A DNA stretch of 64,000 nt from an uncultured bacterium. Lineage in GTDB: Bacteria; Myxococcota_A; UBA796; CAJQPC01. Below the pieces are notes generated by a model. The model made no database searches and had not been told where the DNA came from. It saw only the letters and a program-made list of their open reading frames with translations. Below, piece after piece: positions 17,605 through 26,498 of the stretch (the stretch's first letter is position 1; each line of letters starts with the position of its first letter). The position numbers were made by a program, and so were the translations under genes. The stretch is from positions 827 through 64,826 of the forward strand of contig CAJQPC010000032.1 of NCBI GenBank assembly GCA_905480105.1, in the 5' to 3' direction.

Positions 17605-19538
17605 AGGATCGCTTTTGGCTCAAGGCCTTGCTGGCCATGGGCTTGTTCTCCGCAGCCATCCTGACCACCTTTGTGTTGCTCTACCGCAGCGTGGTGACCC
17701 CGGACCCGGCCCCACAAGAGCTGAGCGAGCGCCCCATTCCAGTGGTGATCGAGCACCGCGCCAAGCAGACCGGCCGCTACAAGATCGCCGGCTTGGTGGT
17801 GGATCCCGATGGGAACCCGGTACCCGATGTGCGCATCGAGGCATTTGTCGAAGGCGACAACCCCAGCTGGGTCAGCGACCCGGACGGTTTCTTCACCGGA
17901 ACCCTGGAGAGCGCAGGCAGCTTGGTCATCCCGGATCGCGCATCGGACCCCAGAGAGCTGGAGATAGACGGCGAGCGCCTGGACCTGCGCTTTGTGGTGG
18001 CCGAGCTCTGCCCCTTCACGGTGCACATACAGGACGAAGCGGGTCAGTCCCTGGAATACGCCACGGTGGACTTCAGCGTGCGGACCGGCCACGGAAGCGA
18101 CAACAACACCAAGCTCACCGGCCCCGATGGCCAAGCCTTCTTCCCAAAAGCGGGCTGTGGTGTGGCCCAAGTACACGCCCACCACGACAACCACGCCTCC
18201 AAGGAAAGGCGGGACATTGACACGGTGGTTGAGCAGGAGCTCAGGGTGACCCTGGTCCAAGGAGTCCAGCTCAGCGGCATGGTGGTCGACACCCAGGATG
18301 ACCCCGTCGGCATGGCCTTTGTCAGCGCGGGAGACTCACGAACAAGCACCGCAATGGACGGCGGATACAGCCTGCGTGTAGACCCTGCACACCTCACAAA
18401 GGTCCGGGCTTCCGCGGACGGATACCGCCCCACAACGGAGCCCCTGCGCCTGCCTGCCAATGCCCAAGACGCGGAGCTGGACTTGGTCCTGGAGCCCGCG
18501 CGCCAGGTCACGGTGTACTGCGCCGGTTTGCCCAATGACAGCTGCAAGGGCGTAATGCCCCTGTTGTGCACCCACCCTTGGCTGCCCTTGGGCCCCATTT
18601 GCACAACCGATGATCCAGCGGTCTGTGAGTGCCCCCAGGGCCAGGGTGCCGTGCGCGGCGGTGGACAGAGTGTGGGGGTAGGCCCCCAAGACGAGGTGGT
18701 GTGGCTGGATTTCCGCTTGGGCGGTGGCATCCAAGGCCTGGTCACTCAGAGCGGTGTTCCGGTCCCCTGCACCGCGATGGCCACCTACATCCCCCAGAGC
18801 ATGAGCGACATGACAAAGGGATTGGCCATCATCCGCATGGCGGAGTGCGACGCGGGCGGCAACTTTAGCATCGCGGGTCTGCACGAAGGCGCGTGGATGG
18901 TGGACCTGCGGGCTGGCCAAAACATGAGCGGCGCCTCTCGCCAGCTGCCCTACACCCAGGTCTACCAGGAGATGGTCGATGTCGGCGAGATCGACTTTGA
19001 CGGCGGCGGCCGCATCATCGGCGTGGTGCTCGACGGGCTCACTGGCCAAGGCAAGCCCGGCGAGGCGGTCGTCGCAGTAGACGCGAACCCTGAGAACCCC
19101 GCCCTGCCCAGGACCGCCACCGCGATCTCCACAAGCCAGGGCCAGTTCATCCTGATGGGGCTGGATGATGGCGACTACGAGGTCTTTGTGGGCACCTCGC
19201 CCTTCCAGAAGGAACCGGTCAGCGTGGTCGGCGGACAGAACGCCGGCGAGCTGATTCTTGAGTCCCGTGGCGCAGACCTACTGGATAAACAAGGATTTCA
19301 CCTGATCACCGATCAGGCTGGAGATCTGGTCGTCGACACCCTCAGCGATGGCGGCTTAGCCCAGGAGGCAGGCTTAGAACCGGGCGACAGGGTCCAAGGT
19401 GTGATCCTATTTGGGATGGATCTGGAAGAGCAATTCCCAGACCACAAGCTCAGCGAAACGGTCTTAGGCAGCTACGATGGCCCTGGTGTGTCCCTAAAGG
19501 TCGACCGAGACGGACAAGAGGTCGTCATCGACCTTTAG
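17601..19538 (+). CDS. Membrane-anchored protein with repeated carboxypeptidase-regulatory-like domains and a C-terminal PDZ domain
   Basis: N-terminal TM FWLKALLAMGLFSAAILTTFVLL. Repeated G-x-V-x-D-x-x-G-x-P-V segments (IAGLVVDPDGNPVPDVRIEA and others). PDZ-like DGGLAQEAGLEPGDRVQGV. ATGA overlap with the upstream gene. Confidence 0.75.
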   Translation: MKDRFWLKALLAMGLFSAAILTTFVLLYRSVVTPDPAPQELSERPIPVVIEHRAKQTGRYKIAGLVVDPDGNPVPDVRIEAFVEGDNPSWVSDPDGFFTGTLESAGSLVIPDRASDPRELEIDGERLDLRFVVAELCPFTVHIQDEAGQSLEYATVDFSVRTGHGSDNNTKLTGPDGQAFFPKAGCGVAQVHAHHDNHASKERRDIDTVVEQELRVTLVQGVQLSGMVVDTQDDPVGMAFVSAGDSRTSTAMDGGYSLRVDPAHLTKVRASADGYRPTTEPLRLPANAQDAELDLVLEPARQVTVYCAGLPNDSCKGVMPLLCTHPWLPLGPICTTDDPAVCECPQGQGAVRGGGQSVGVGPQDEVVWLDFRLGGGIQGLVTQSGVPVPCTAMATYIPQSMSDMTKGLAIIRMAECDAGGNFSIAGLHEGAWMVDLRAGQNMSGASRQLPYTQVYQEMVDVGEIDFDGGGRIIGVVLDGLTGQGKPGEAVVAVDANPENPALPRTATAISTSQGQFILMGLDDGDYEVFVGTSPFQKEPVSVVGGQNAGELILESRGADLLDKQGFHLITDQAGDLVVDTLSDGGLAQEAGLEPGDRVQGVILFGMDLEEQFPDHKLSETVLGSYDGPGVSLKVDRDGQEVVIDL

Positions 19539-19562
19539 CCGGCCCCCCTGGAGATCAAGCCC

Positions 19563-21398
19563 ATGCTCTTGCTGCTGCTCGCCTGTACCAGGGACACCAC
19601 CCTGGACTCCAGCGACTACGCCCTGATTCAGGATCTAGATGGAGACGGGGTGATCTCCTCCCTGGACTGCAACGACACCAACCCGGACGTGGGCTTGCCC
19701 GGCCTGTACTGGACCGACAACGACGGAGATGGTTTTGGTGCTGGGGACGCCTTCGAGAGCTGCGCCCCGCTCATCGGCACGGCCGATGCAGGAGGCGACT
19801 GCGACGACGCCAACCCGACGTTGAATCCCGGCGAGTCCGAGGTGGCGTGCTCCGGCCTGGACGAAGACTGCAGTGGGGTGGCCGATGCAGGCATGACCGT
19901 GGGCACTCACTTCGACACGCTCTACCAAGCCTTAAACGCCGCCAGCCCTGGCGATGTGGTCTGCCTACCCGCGGGCACCTGGGTAGGTGGCTTTGACATG
20001 CCCAGCGGCGTGACCCTGATGGGACAGGGGCAGGGAGAGACCTACCTGCAATCCGATGGCTCCGGGCCCGTGGTCACCGCCACCGGCGACTTGACCCTAA
20101 TGACCATGACCTTGCGTGGTGGGACCACCTTGGTGGACACAGTGCCCGACAGCGTCGTGCGCCTGGAGGCAGTGGAGATCGGTGCCATGGCCCTGTCTAC
20201 AGAGACGCAAGCCCACCTACTCCAGCTGGACGGCGGACGCCTGGAGCTCTTGGACGTGAGCATCCCAAGCCTGTTTCTCGAGACCCAGGCCAGTGCGGAT
20301 GGCCTGCTCTTCGATCTTGGCACAGCCGATCTGGCGGTGCGCAGCCTAACCTTGGCGGACCTGGACGTTGTCAGCGCTGGCACCGCAGACGGCCTGCTGT
20401 TCAGGGGCACTGGCGGCGATTGGACCATCGTGGGCTTATTCAGCGATCTGGTTCGCATGGCGTCTGCCGGCAGCGGCAGCCTGATGCACAACCAGGGCGG
20501 CGCAGTGAGCTTGGACCAGATGACCTGGATCGATAGTGGATTTGAGAGCGGCGGGGACCTGCGCTTCATCGACTTGGAGCAGGGTAGCCTCCTCGCAGAG
20601 CGCATCCAAGTGGACAACATCAGCCTCAATGCGCCAGGCCTGACAACGGTGCTCTCCCTGCGGGAAATGGACAGCGTGGCCTCGCAGAATTTGACCCTGA
20701 TCAAGACGCGCATTCAGAGCAGTGGAAGAGCGTGTCTTATCGAGGTGGTCGGGGGCGGATCTACCCTCCTCCAACAAACCGCTTGGTACGACACCACCCT
20801 GGACCTACCAGACAATACGGGTGGGCTGCTCTGCGCGAGTGAGCGCGCTCAGGTCTTCATTCAGAACGCAGCAATGGCGGCGAACCAGGCCAATGTTGAG
20901 CAGATGGGCCCCTGGTTGGACGCGGTGAACTCGGATGTCAGCCTGAGCCAGGTGGACATGGTGGGCAACCGGGTCAGCGGCGCCCACGGCACGGCCTACG
21001 CAATGATCGGCGGAGAAAGCGCAAACTGGTCGGTGCACAACACAAGCTTTGTGGGCAACGAGGCGGTGGCCACAGTGAACCAACTGGGGGCCAACGTCTT
21101 TCACGCCCGAGACCAAGCGGTCACTCTGATCTGGGCCTACAGCAACGTCTGGGACAACAGTGGGATGCCCCTGGACTTTGGCCAGGGCAACGGGGTGGAG
21201 TGGGAGATCGTGGACACCCTGACCGCAGACCCGGACTATGTGCGCACGACCGGCGATGATCCCCTGCAGTGGGACCTGTATCTGAACAGCGGCTCGCCGA
21301 TGTTCGACGCCGGTGACCCGGATCTTGTGGACTGGTACGACAGCAGCCGCAGCGATGTGGGGGCTTTTGGAGGCGAGTTCGGAGCCTGGCGGCCCTGA
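19563..21398 (+). CDS. Lipoprotein with N-terminal MopE-like Cys/Asp motifs and a probable right-handed beta-helix body
   Basis: MLLLLLACT lipobox. DCNDTNPDV...DNDGDGFG...GDCDDANPTLNPGESEVACSGLDEDCSG. Long region of short repetitive beta-strand-like segments. Confidence 0.7.
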   Translation: MLLLLLACTRDTTLDSSDYALIQDLDGDGVISSLDCNDTNPDVGLPGLYWTDNDGDGFGAGDAFESCAPLIGTADAGGDCDDANPTLNPGESEVACSGLDEDCSGVADAGMTVGTHFDTLYQALNAASPGDVVCLPAGTWVGGFDMPSGVTLMGQGQGETYLQSDGSGPVVTATGDLTLMTMTLRGGTTLVDTVPDSVVRLEAVEIGAMALSTETQAHLLQLDGGRLELLDVSIPSLFLETQASADGLLFDLGTADLAVRSLTLADLDVVSAGTADGLLFRGTGGDWTIVGLFSDLVRMASAGSGSLMHNQGGAVSLDQMTWIDSGFESGGDLRFIDLEQGSLLAERIQVDNISLNAPGLTTVLSLREMDSVASQNLTLIKTRIQSSGRACLIEVVGGGSTLLQQTAWYDTTLDLPDNTGGLLCASERAQVFIQNAAMAANQANVEQMGPWLDAVNSDVSLSQVDMVGNRVSGAHGTAYAMIGGESANWSVHNTSFVGNEAVATVNQLGANVFHARDQAVTLIWAYSNVWDNSGMPLDFGQGNGVEWEIVDTLTADPDYVRTTGDDPLQWDLYLNSGSPMFDAGDPDLVDWYDSSRSDVGAFGGEFGAWRP

Positions 21399-21401
21399 GC
21401 T

Positions 21402-21548
21402 GAGTTTCTGTCGCGCCTTCGGCGCCGACGAGCGGCCTTCGCTTCAGCGAATGCATCTCGGCGCGTCGGCGTGACCTGCGCTCCCACCTTTGGCTTTGTC
21501 GAAGCATCCGCCTCCGGCCGCTGGGTTTCTGTCGCGCCTTCGGCGCCG
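21402..21548. repeat. Two copies of a 24-nt perfect direct repeat, each with a GCGCC-TTC-GGCGC hairpin, 121 nt apart
   Basis: gtttctgtcgcgccttcggcgccg at 21404..21427 and again at 21525..21548, in the intergenic gap after the gene ending at 21398. Confidence 0.9.
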
Positions 21549-21611
21549 TAAGACATTTGGGGGGTGTGGACCGTGCCTGATGGGTTTACCTTGGGCCGTA
21601 CTGGAGACCTA

Positions 21612-22694
21612 ATGCTCGCCCTTCTAATCTCGTTTTCCTGTACCTCACCGCCCGTGGCGGACACCGCCGATACCGCTCCCCTACCCCCGCCGGACATGGG
21701 CGCTAGCTGGAGCCCCCGCGTGCCTGGGCCCTACAACCAGCTCTGTGAGAACTACCCAAGCGATGAGCGCGTGGACAACAACAAAAACAACATTCCCGAC
21801 GTGCAGGAGTTCACAGATGCGGGCATCACCATGCCTCTGTTTCAGCACAGCGCACAGGTGCTCCAAGCCAAGTTCGCTGACTACTTGGGCGCAAGCGCAC
21901 CGGATCTTCCAGCGGTGTGCGCAGAGCTCTACACCCAAGTCCTGTTCACACCCGACTACGACATCCCATCGCCCCCCATCGGCGACTGCCCCAACCTCTT
22001 CCCAGCCTCGCCAACAGACATGCCCGGCGACTTGGAGGACTACTACACCTTCGGCTCGGGCAGCCTGCTGACATGGGCCGAGTTCACGAACATCTACATC
22101 TTCCAGTGGCGCCTGACCAAGGCCATGGACCAGACTGAGAATATCCTGGCCCCCCTGCCTGGCTGTTGGCTGGAGTTCGGACTCAAGGGCGACGCCAAGA
22201 CCGGCGACGTGAACCTGAACACCATGCCCGCGATCCTCTTTGCCATGGAGAACTACGGAACGGCCGCCGTGGTCTACACCGACGCCCCAGAGGGAAGCAT
22301 GGTCATCTCCGGGGCCGACTACACACTCCCCAGCCCCGTCTGGCACTTCCTAAATGGGGGTCCAACCCCCGGCGGCGTGACGCCCTACCACCTGACCTTT
22401 CTGCTCTCGGGGTACCCCCCCGACGCTGGCTTTGTGCTCAACATCGATGCGATGAACGTCTCGGTGCTCGACAACGTCATGCCGGAATCCCCACCCGCCA
22501 GCAACCCGCCCTTCACGGGAAACGGCATCATCGATCCGGAGAGCGAAGAGCAGCTGCGCCAGCTGGACTGGTTCGTGACCCAGAGCCAAAATGTCACCGT
22601 AGACATCGACCCCAGCACCCTGGACCTGACCCACAGCACCCCGTTCACCGCAAGGGGCCCAGAAACCGGATTTCCCAAGCTCTGGCCAAACTAA
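21612..22694 (+). CDS. Hypothetical lipoprotein
   Basis: MLALLISFSCTS lipobox. GGAG upstream of the ATG at 21612. No recognised domain. Confidence 0.6.
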   Translation: MLALLISFSCTSPPVADTADTAPLPPPDMGASWSPRVPGPYNQLCENYPSDERVDNNKNNIPDVQEFTDAGITMPLFQHSAQVLQAKFADYLGASAPDLPAVCAELYTQVLFTPDYDIPSPPIGDCPNLFPASPTDMPGDLEDYYTFGSGSLLTWAEFTNIYIFQWRLTKAMDQTENILAPLPGCWLEFGLKGDAKTGDVNLNTMPAILFAMENYGTAAVVYTDAPEGSMVISGADYTLPSPVWHFLNGGPTPGGVTPYHLTFLLSGYPPDAGFVLNIDAMNVSVLDNVMPESPPASNPPFTGNGIIDPESEEQLRQLDWFVTQSQNVTVDIDPSTLDLTHSTPFTARGPETGFPKLWPN

Positions 22695-25171
22695 TCGCCC
22701 TGTCTCCGTCGCCCTTCGGGCGCATCCCAACGCTCCAGGCTTCTGGCAATCCTGAATCCGTTCAGAGCACTGCGGTGGTCCTGGGGCGCTGAAAAGCGCT
22801 GACCGGCCAGGCAGAGCCGCATCGCCGACGCCCAACTCCCCCCTCGCAACATGCCCCAAGCACCGTCCAGCTCCATGGGTGGGCGGGCCCAGCCCTCTTC
22901 AATGCAGGGGTGCTGGGCATCCTTGGGGTCCAGGCACGCATCGCGCACGTTGCCGCAGCCATCCAAGACCCCGTAGGGGCTGCAGTCCTCTGGATGGCTC
23001 CCCACATCGCTGGGAGTCGGCCGCTCGGCCACCCCCTCCCGGTTCGCCGACCAACCCGCAAAGGGGTGATTGCCCCAACTGTACCGTCGACCATCCACCC
23101 CGCGAACCGCTTTTTCCCGCTCCAACTCCCAAGGCAAGCGCCACCCAAGCCCTGCTGGCCTGCCCTGGCGCGCGTTCAGCCAAGCACAGTAGGCCTGGGC
23201 CCCCCTCCGGTCCACAAAGACCACCGGCCACTCCGGGGACCAGATGTCCCCTTCGGCATCCGGGACCAGCTCAAAGCGGCCCGCAGCGTCCTGTCCATAC
23301 TGCAGCTGGCCACCCTGCTCGCCATGCGGCATGGAGCGAGGCGCGTAGGACAGCGCCTGGTCCGGCTGACCGCGGGAAACCAAGTCATTGAGAAACGTTA
23401 GGTACTGGGCATTGGTCACCGGGGTCTTGGCGATGACAAAGTCGTCCACCCACACGCGCTGGCGGGGCAAGCCATCCTTGGCCGCAGGATCTCCAGAGCG
23501 GAACCAACCAGCCGCCACCCAAGCGCAGTCCGATCCCAGGCTTCCCAAGGCTGGAAGCTCCAGAGCACAGCGGGCTTTTGGGTGTTTCGGCGGCGCGTCT
23601 CTTTGCCAAGACTCGCCGGCCAAAATCTCAACAGGAAGCCGCACCACCTCGCATCCTGGGGCTTGAACTTCCAGCAAGTAGCTGCCCGCCTGAAGCGCGT
23701 GGCGCTGCAGCGGGGTGGTGCCGATCACACCCTGATCCACCGGCACCAAACGCCTGTCTTGCTCCTCGTATCGAAAGGCTCGAACCACTGCTGCAAGCGA
23801 GGTCTCCAGACTCAGCCAACCCCGCCCAGCCAAGTAATCCCTGTGCTCTCCACGGTCGTGGCGCCTAAGCAGCGCCATGCTGCGGTGCGCGGCGCTGCTG
23901 TCTCCAACACGCAGAGCCTGGACATGCTGGCTCCGGTAGTACGCCGCCAGGGCGAAGTGAGCCGCGGGGAGCTCCGCCTCAGCCAACGCCGACTGAATGC
24001 CCTGGACATAGGCAAGCTCGGCGAGTTCTGCCTGGCTGCGGGTCTGGGCGGCTGCATCCTCGATGGCCCAGACCTGACGGTGGGCCTGCACTGGGGCATG
24101 GGAGGCCGTCTGCGCGGCACGGTCCTGCGCTTGCTGCCCCAGGTCGCGGGCGCTGCGCCAGAGCGCATCCACCTGGGCCTGGAGCTCTTGGGCTTGGCTC
24201 AGCCGCTTTCGAGCTTGAGCTTGAGCTTGGGCGTCACCCAGCCAGGACTGCAGCGCTCGGGCCACCGCTTGGGCATTGGCGGGCCGATCTTGTGCTTTGG
24301 CCCGCATGCACTGAAGTGCCAAGTCACAGAGAGCAGCCGGGTCCACCTCCAGGTGGGGCACCTCGTTCCCGCGCAGGCGCTCTAAAACCTCCCCGGGCTC
24401 AAACCCCAGCCAAGGGGGGTGACCCCGCAGCAAGGTGTAGAGGGTCGCCCCTACGGCATAGACATCGGCTGCAGGCCCAGAATCCTGGCCTCGGGCTTGC
24501 TCCGGCGGCATGAAGTTGGGTGTGCCAGAGACCTGGTCAGATTGCTGCTGACCCACCTGACGTACCAAGCCCCAGTCAACGACCAGGACCTGTCCAAAGG
24601 CGCCGATCATGACGTTGGAGGGCTTAAAGTCCCGGTGCACTACCCCCTGCTCATGGGCGTAAGCCAGGGCCTGAATCGCCCGATACAGGTGGTCGACCTT
24701 TAGGCGAAGGCTCAAGGCAGGATCGGCGAAGGCTTCTCTGAGCGTCCGCCCCTGAATCAGATCCATCGTGAAGTAGGTGCGTCCGTCCCCATCGACCCCG
24801 AGCTCATGCAGGGAGACGATCCCCGGATGATCCAGCTTGGCAGTGGCCCGGGCCTCGTGCACAAAGCGAGCTCGCAGCTGCGGGTGCTGGAGCAGCTCTG
24901 GGCGCAGGCGTTTTAGCGCCACGACGCGATCCAGGTGGGTATCCAGAACCCGTCTGACCTCGCCCATGCCACCCAACCCCAAGGGGCCCAGGTCCTGGTA
25001 GCGCTCGGCTGGCGGCGCCGGGTCGGCGGGCAGAGCTTCATCCTCCAGACCCGAGACCCCAGAGTGCACGCCCATCCAAGACCCAGCTTGAGCTTGGACA
25101 AAGGACTCCAGCGCCTCTCCCAGCTCGGGGTCCAGGCCATGACTTGTCAGGAACGCGTCAACACGACTCAT
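22691..25171 (-). CDS. Ser/Thr protein kinase fused to a C-terminal FGE-sulfatase (SUMF1-like) domain
   Basis: Kinase motifs GLGGMGEV...VALK, HRDFKPSNVM, DWGL and GTPNFMPPE. C-terminal WRLPWELEREKAVRG...YSWGN...LRGGSWAS is typical of the FGE-sulfatase fold. The ATG at 25171 has GGAG about 9 nt upstream. Confidence 0.85.
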   Translation of the reverse strand: MSRVDAFLTSHGLDPELGEALESFVQAQAGSWMGVHSGVSGLEDEALPADPAPPAERYQDLGPLGLGGMGEVRRVLDTHLDRVVALKRLRPELLQHPQLRARFVHEARATAKLDHPGIVSLHELGVDGDGRTYFTMDLIQGRTLREAFADPALSLRLKVDHLYRAIQALAYAHEQGVVHRDFKPSNVMIGAFGQVLVVDWGLVRQVGQQQSDQVSGTPNFMPPEQARGQDSGPAADVYAVGATLYTLLRGHPPWLGFEPGEVLERLRGNEVPHLEVDPAALCDLALQCMRAKAQDRPANAQAVARALQSWLGDAQAQAQARKRLSQAQELQAQVDALWRSARDLGQQAQDRAAQTASHAPVQAHRQVWAIEDAAAQTRSQAELAELAYVQGIQSALAEAELPAAHFALAAYYRSQHVQALRVGDSSAAHRSMALLRRHDRGEHRDYLAGRGWLSLETSLAAVVRAFRYEEQDRRLVPVDQGVIGTTPLQRHALQAGSYLLEVQAPGCEVVRLPVEILAGESWQRDAPPKHPKARCALELPALGSLGSDCAWVAAGWFRSGDPAAKDGLPRQRVWVDDFVIAKTPVTNAQYLTFLNDLVSRGQPDQALSYAPRSMPHGEQGGQLQYGQDAAGRFELVPDAEGDIWSPEWPVVFVDRRGAQAYCAWLNARQGRPAGLGWRLPWELEREKAVRGVDGRRYSWGNHPFAGWSANREGVAERPTPSDVGSHPEDCSPYGVLDGCGNVRDACLDPKDAQHPCIEEGWARPPMELDGAWGMLRGGSWASAMRLCLAGQRFSAPQDHRSALNGFRIARSLERWDAPEGRRRQGD

Positions 25172-25226
25172 CGACTGGGCTCCGCTTAGGGCCACATGGG
25201 TGGATGGGCGATGCTACCTTGACCCC

Positions 25227-26126
25227 ATGCAAACGGTCTCCGTTCACCTCGCCTTGCCCAGCGGCATCCAAGTCCACCTCTACCCAGGGGACATCATCGG
25301 ACGCATGGCTTCGGCCGCTCTGCGCGTGGACGACCCACGGGTCTCAGAAGCCCACGCCCTGGTCTCGCTCAGGGGTGAGCGCCTCGTCCTGCTCGCATTA
25401 CGCGGCGCCCTGTTGCGCAATGGCAAACCCCAGTCGGCCATCGAGTTGGTTGCAGGGAGTGAGATTGTGCTCGCCGCGGGGCTGAGCCTGCAGGTGCTCG
25501 CGGTGCAGATGCCCGCCACCGCGCTGGCCATCGAAGGGGTAGAGCACGGTCAGGTGGTCCTGACAGCCTCGGTGTACAGTCTGGTCCAAAATGACGAGAA
25601 AGTTCGGTGTATACCTGGCTTTCGCAAGGACAATATACTCAGTATTTGGACTACCGGACAGGGCTGGCGCATGCAAGTCCGAGGCGCTCCAGCCCAAGCC
25701 CTGACCCAGGGCCAGACCCTCTTGCCCGGAGTACGCAGCACGGCGATACAGCTGGCACAGGCCAGCGCACAAGCCACACAAGCGGCAGGCCAGATCGGTG
25801 CCCCACTGCGTGTCGTGGCCCGCTTCGACACCGTGCAGATCGACCGCCAGGGCTGGCCCACCTGCCACATCGGCGGCCGCCCCGCGCGCATCCTGAGCGA
25901 ACTCGTCAGCATCGGCGCGCCTGTCTCCTGGGAGGCAGTGGCCAGAGAGATCTGGGCGGACAGTGCAGACCGAGACCAGCTTCGGACCCGATGGGACCGC
26001 AACTTGAGCAGCCTGCGCAGCAAGCTTCGAGCGGCTCAGATCCGAACCGACTTGGTGCACTCCTGCGGCAGCGGAAACATCGAGCTGATGCTGCACCAGG
26101 GCGACCAGGTCTTGGACGAAGGTTAG
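25227..26126 (+). CDS. FHA-domain protein with C-terminal OmpR/PhoB-type winged-helix DNA-binding domain
   Basis: FHA-like GDIIGRMASAALRVDDPRVSEAHALVSL. C-terminal RPARILSELVSIG..VSWEAVAREIW...NLSSLRSKL resembles trans_reg_C. Divergent from the kinase gene across about 55 bp. Confidence 0.7.
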   Translation: MQTVSVHLALPSGIQVHLYPGDIIGRMASAALRVDDPRVSEAHALVSLRGERLVLLALRGALLRNGKPQSAIELVAGSEIVLAAGLSLQVLAVQMPATALAIEGVEHGQVVLTASVYSLVQNDEKVRCIPGFRKDNILSIWTTGQGWRMQVRGAPAQALTQGQTLLPGVRSTAIQLAQASAQATQAAGQIGAPLRVVARFDTVQIDRQGWPTCHIGGRPARILSELVSIGAPVSWEAVAREIWADSADRDQLRTRWDRNLSSLRSKLRAAQIRTDLVHSCGSGNIELMLHQGDQVLDEG

Positions 26127-26498
26127 CGATCTCTCGCAGTCTCCTCCGAGCGCGCGACGGGCCAGAGACAGGGCGGGAGGCGTGTCCTAAACACTGCCCA
26201 GATGACGCAGTTACAAAACTCCGGGGACACTATTTGCCCCGCGCACCCCATCCGTACGCACCCATTCAAGCACCCGTACGCCAGTGAGCACCTCACTTTC
26301 ATTGGGGCTGGCCAGCGCCCTCCGCCGTCAAAACAGCTGGAGCACCGTACCGACCCAAGCGACCCGCGGCCAGCCCCCAGCATCGCGGCTGACTCACGAC
26401 CCCTAAGACAGCCTCTAAAATGGGCAAAATGCACTCAGATCCAAGCAGAATAGACAGCAGAGCGCACTCCAGCCCTCCGCAAAGGGTATTCTCCATCT

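Noticed and set aside
21402-21548. Possible CRISPR array
   Set aside because: There are only two repeat copies, the spacer of 97 nt is far longer than CRISPR spacers, and no cas genes are in the window.
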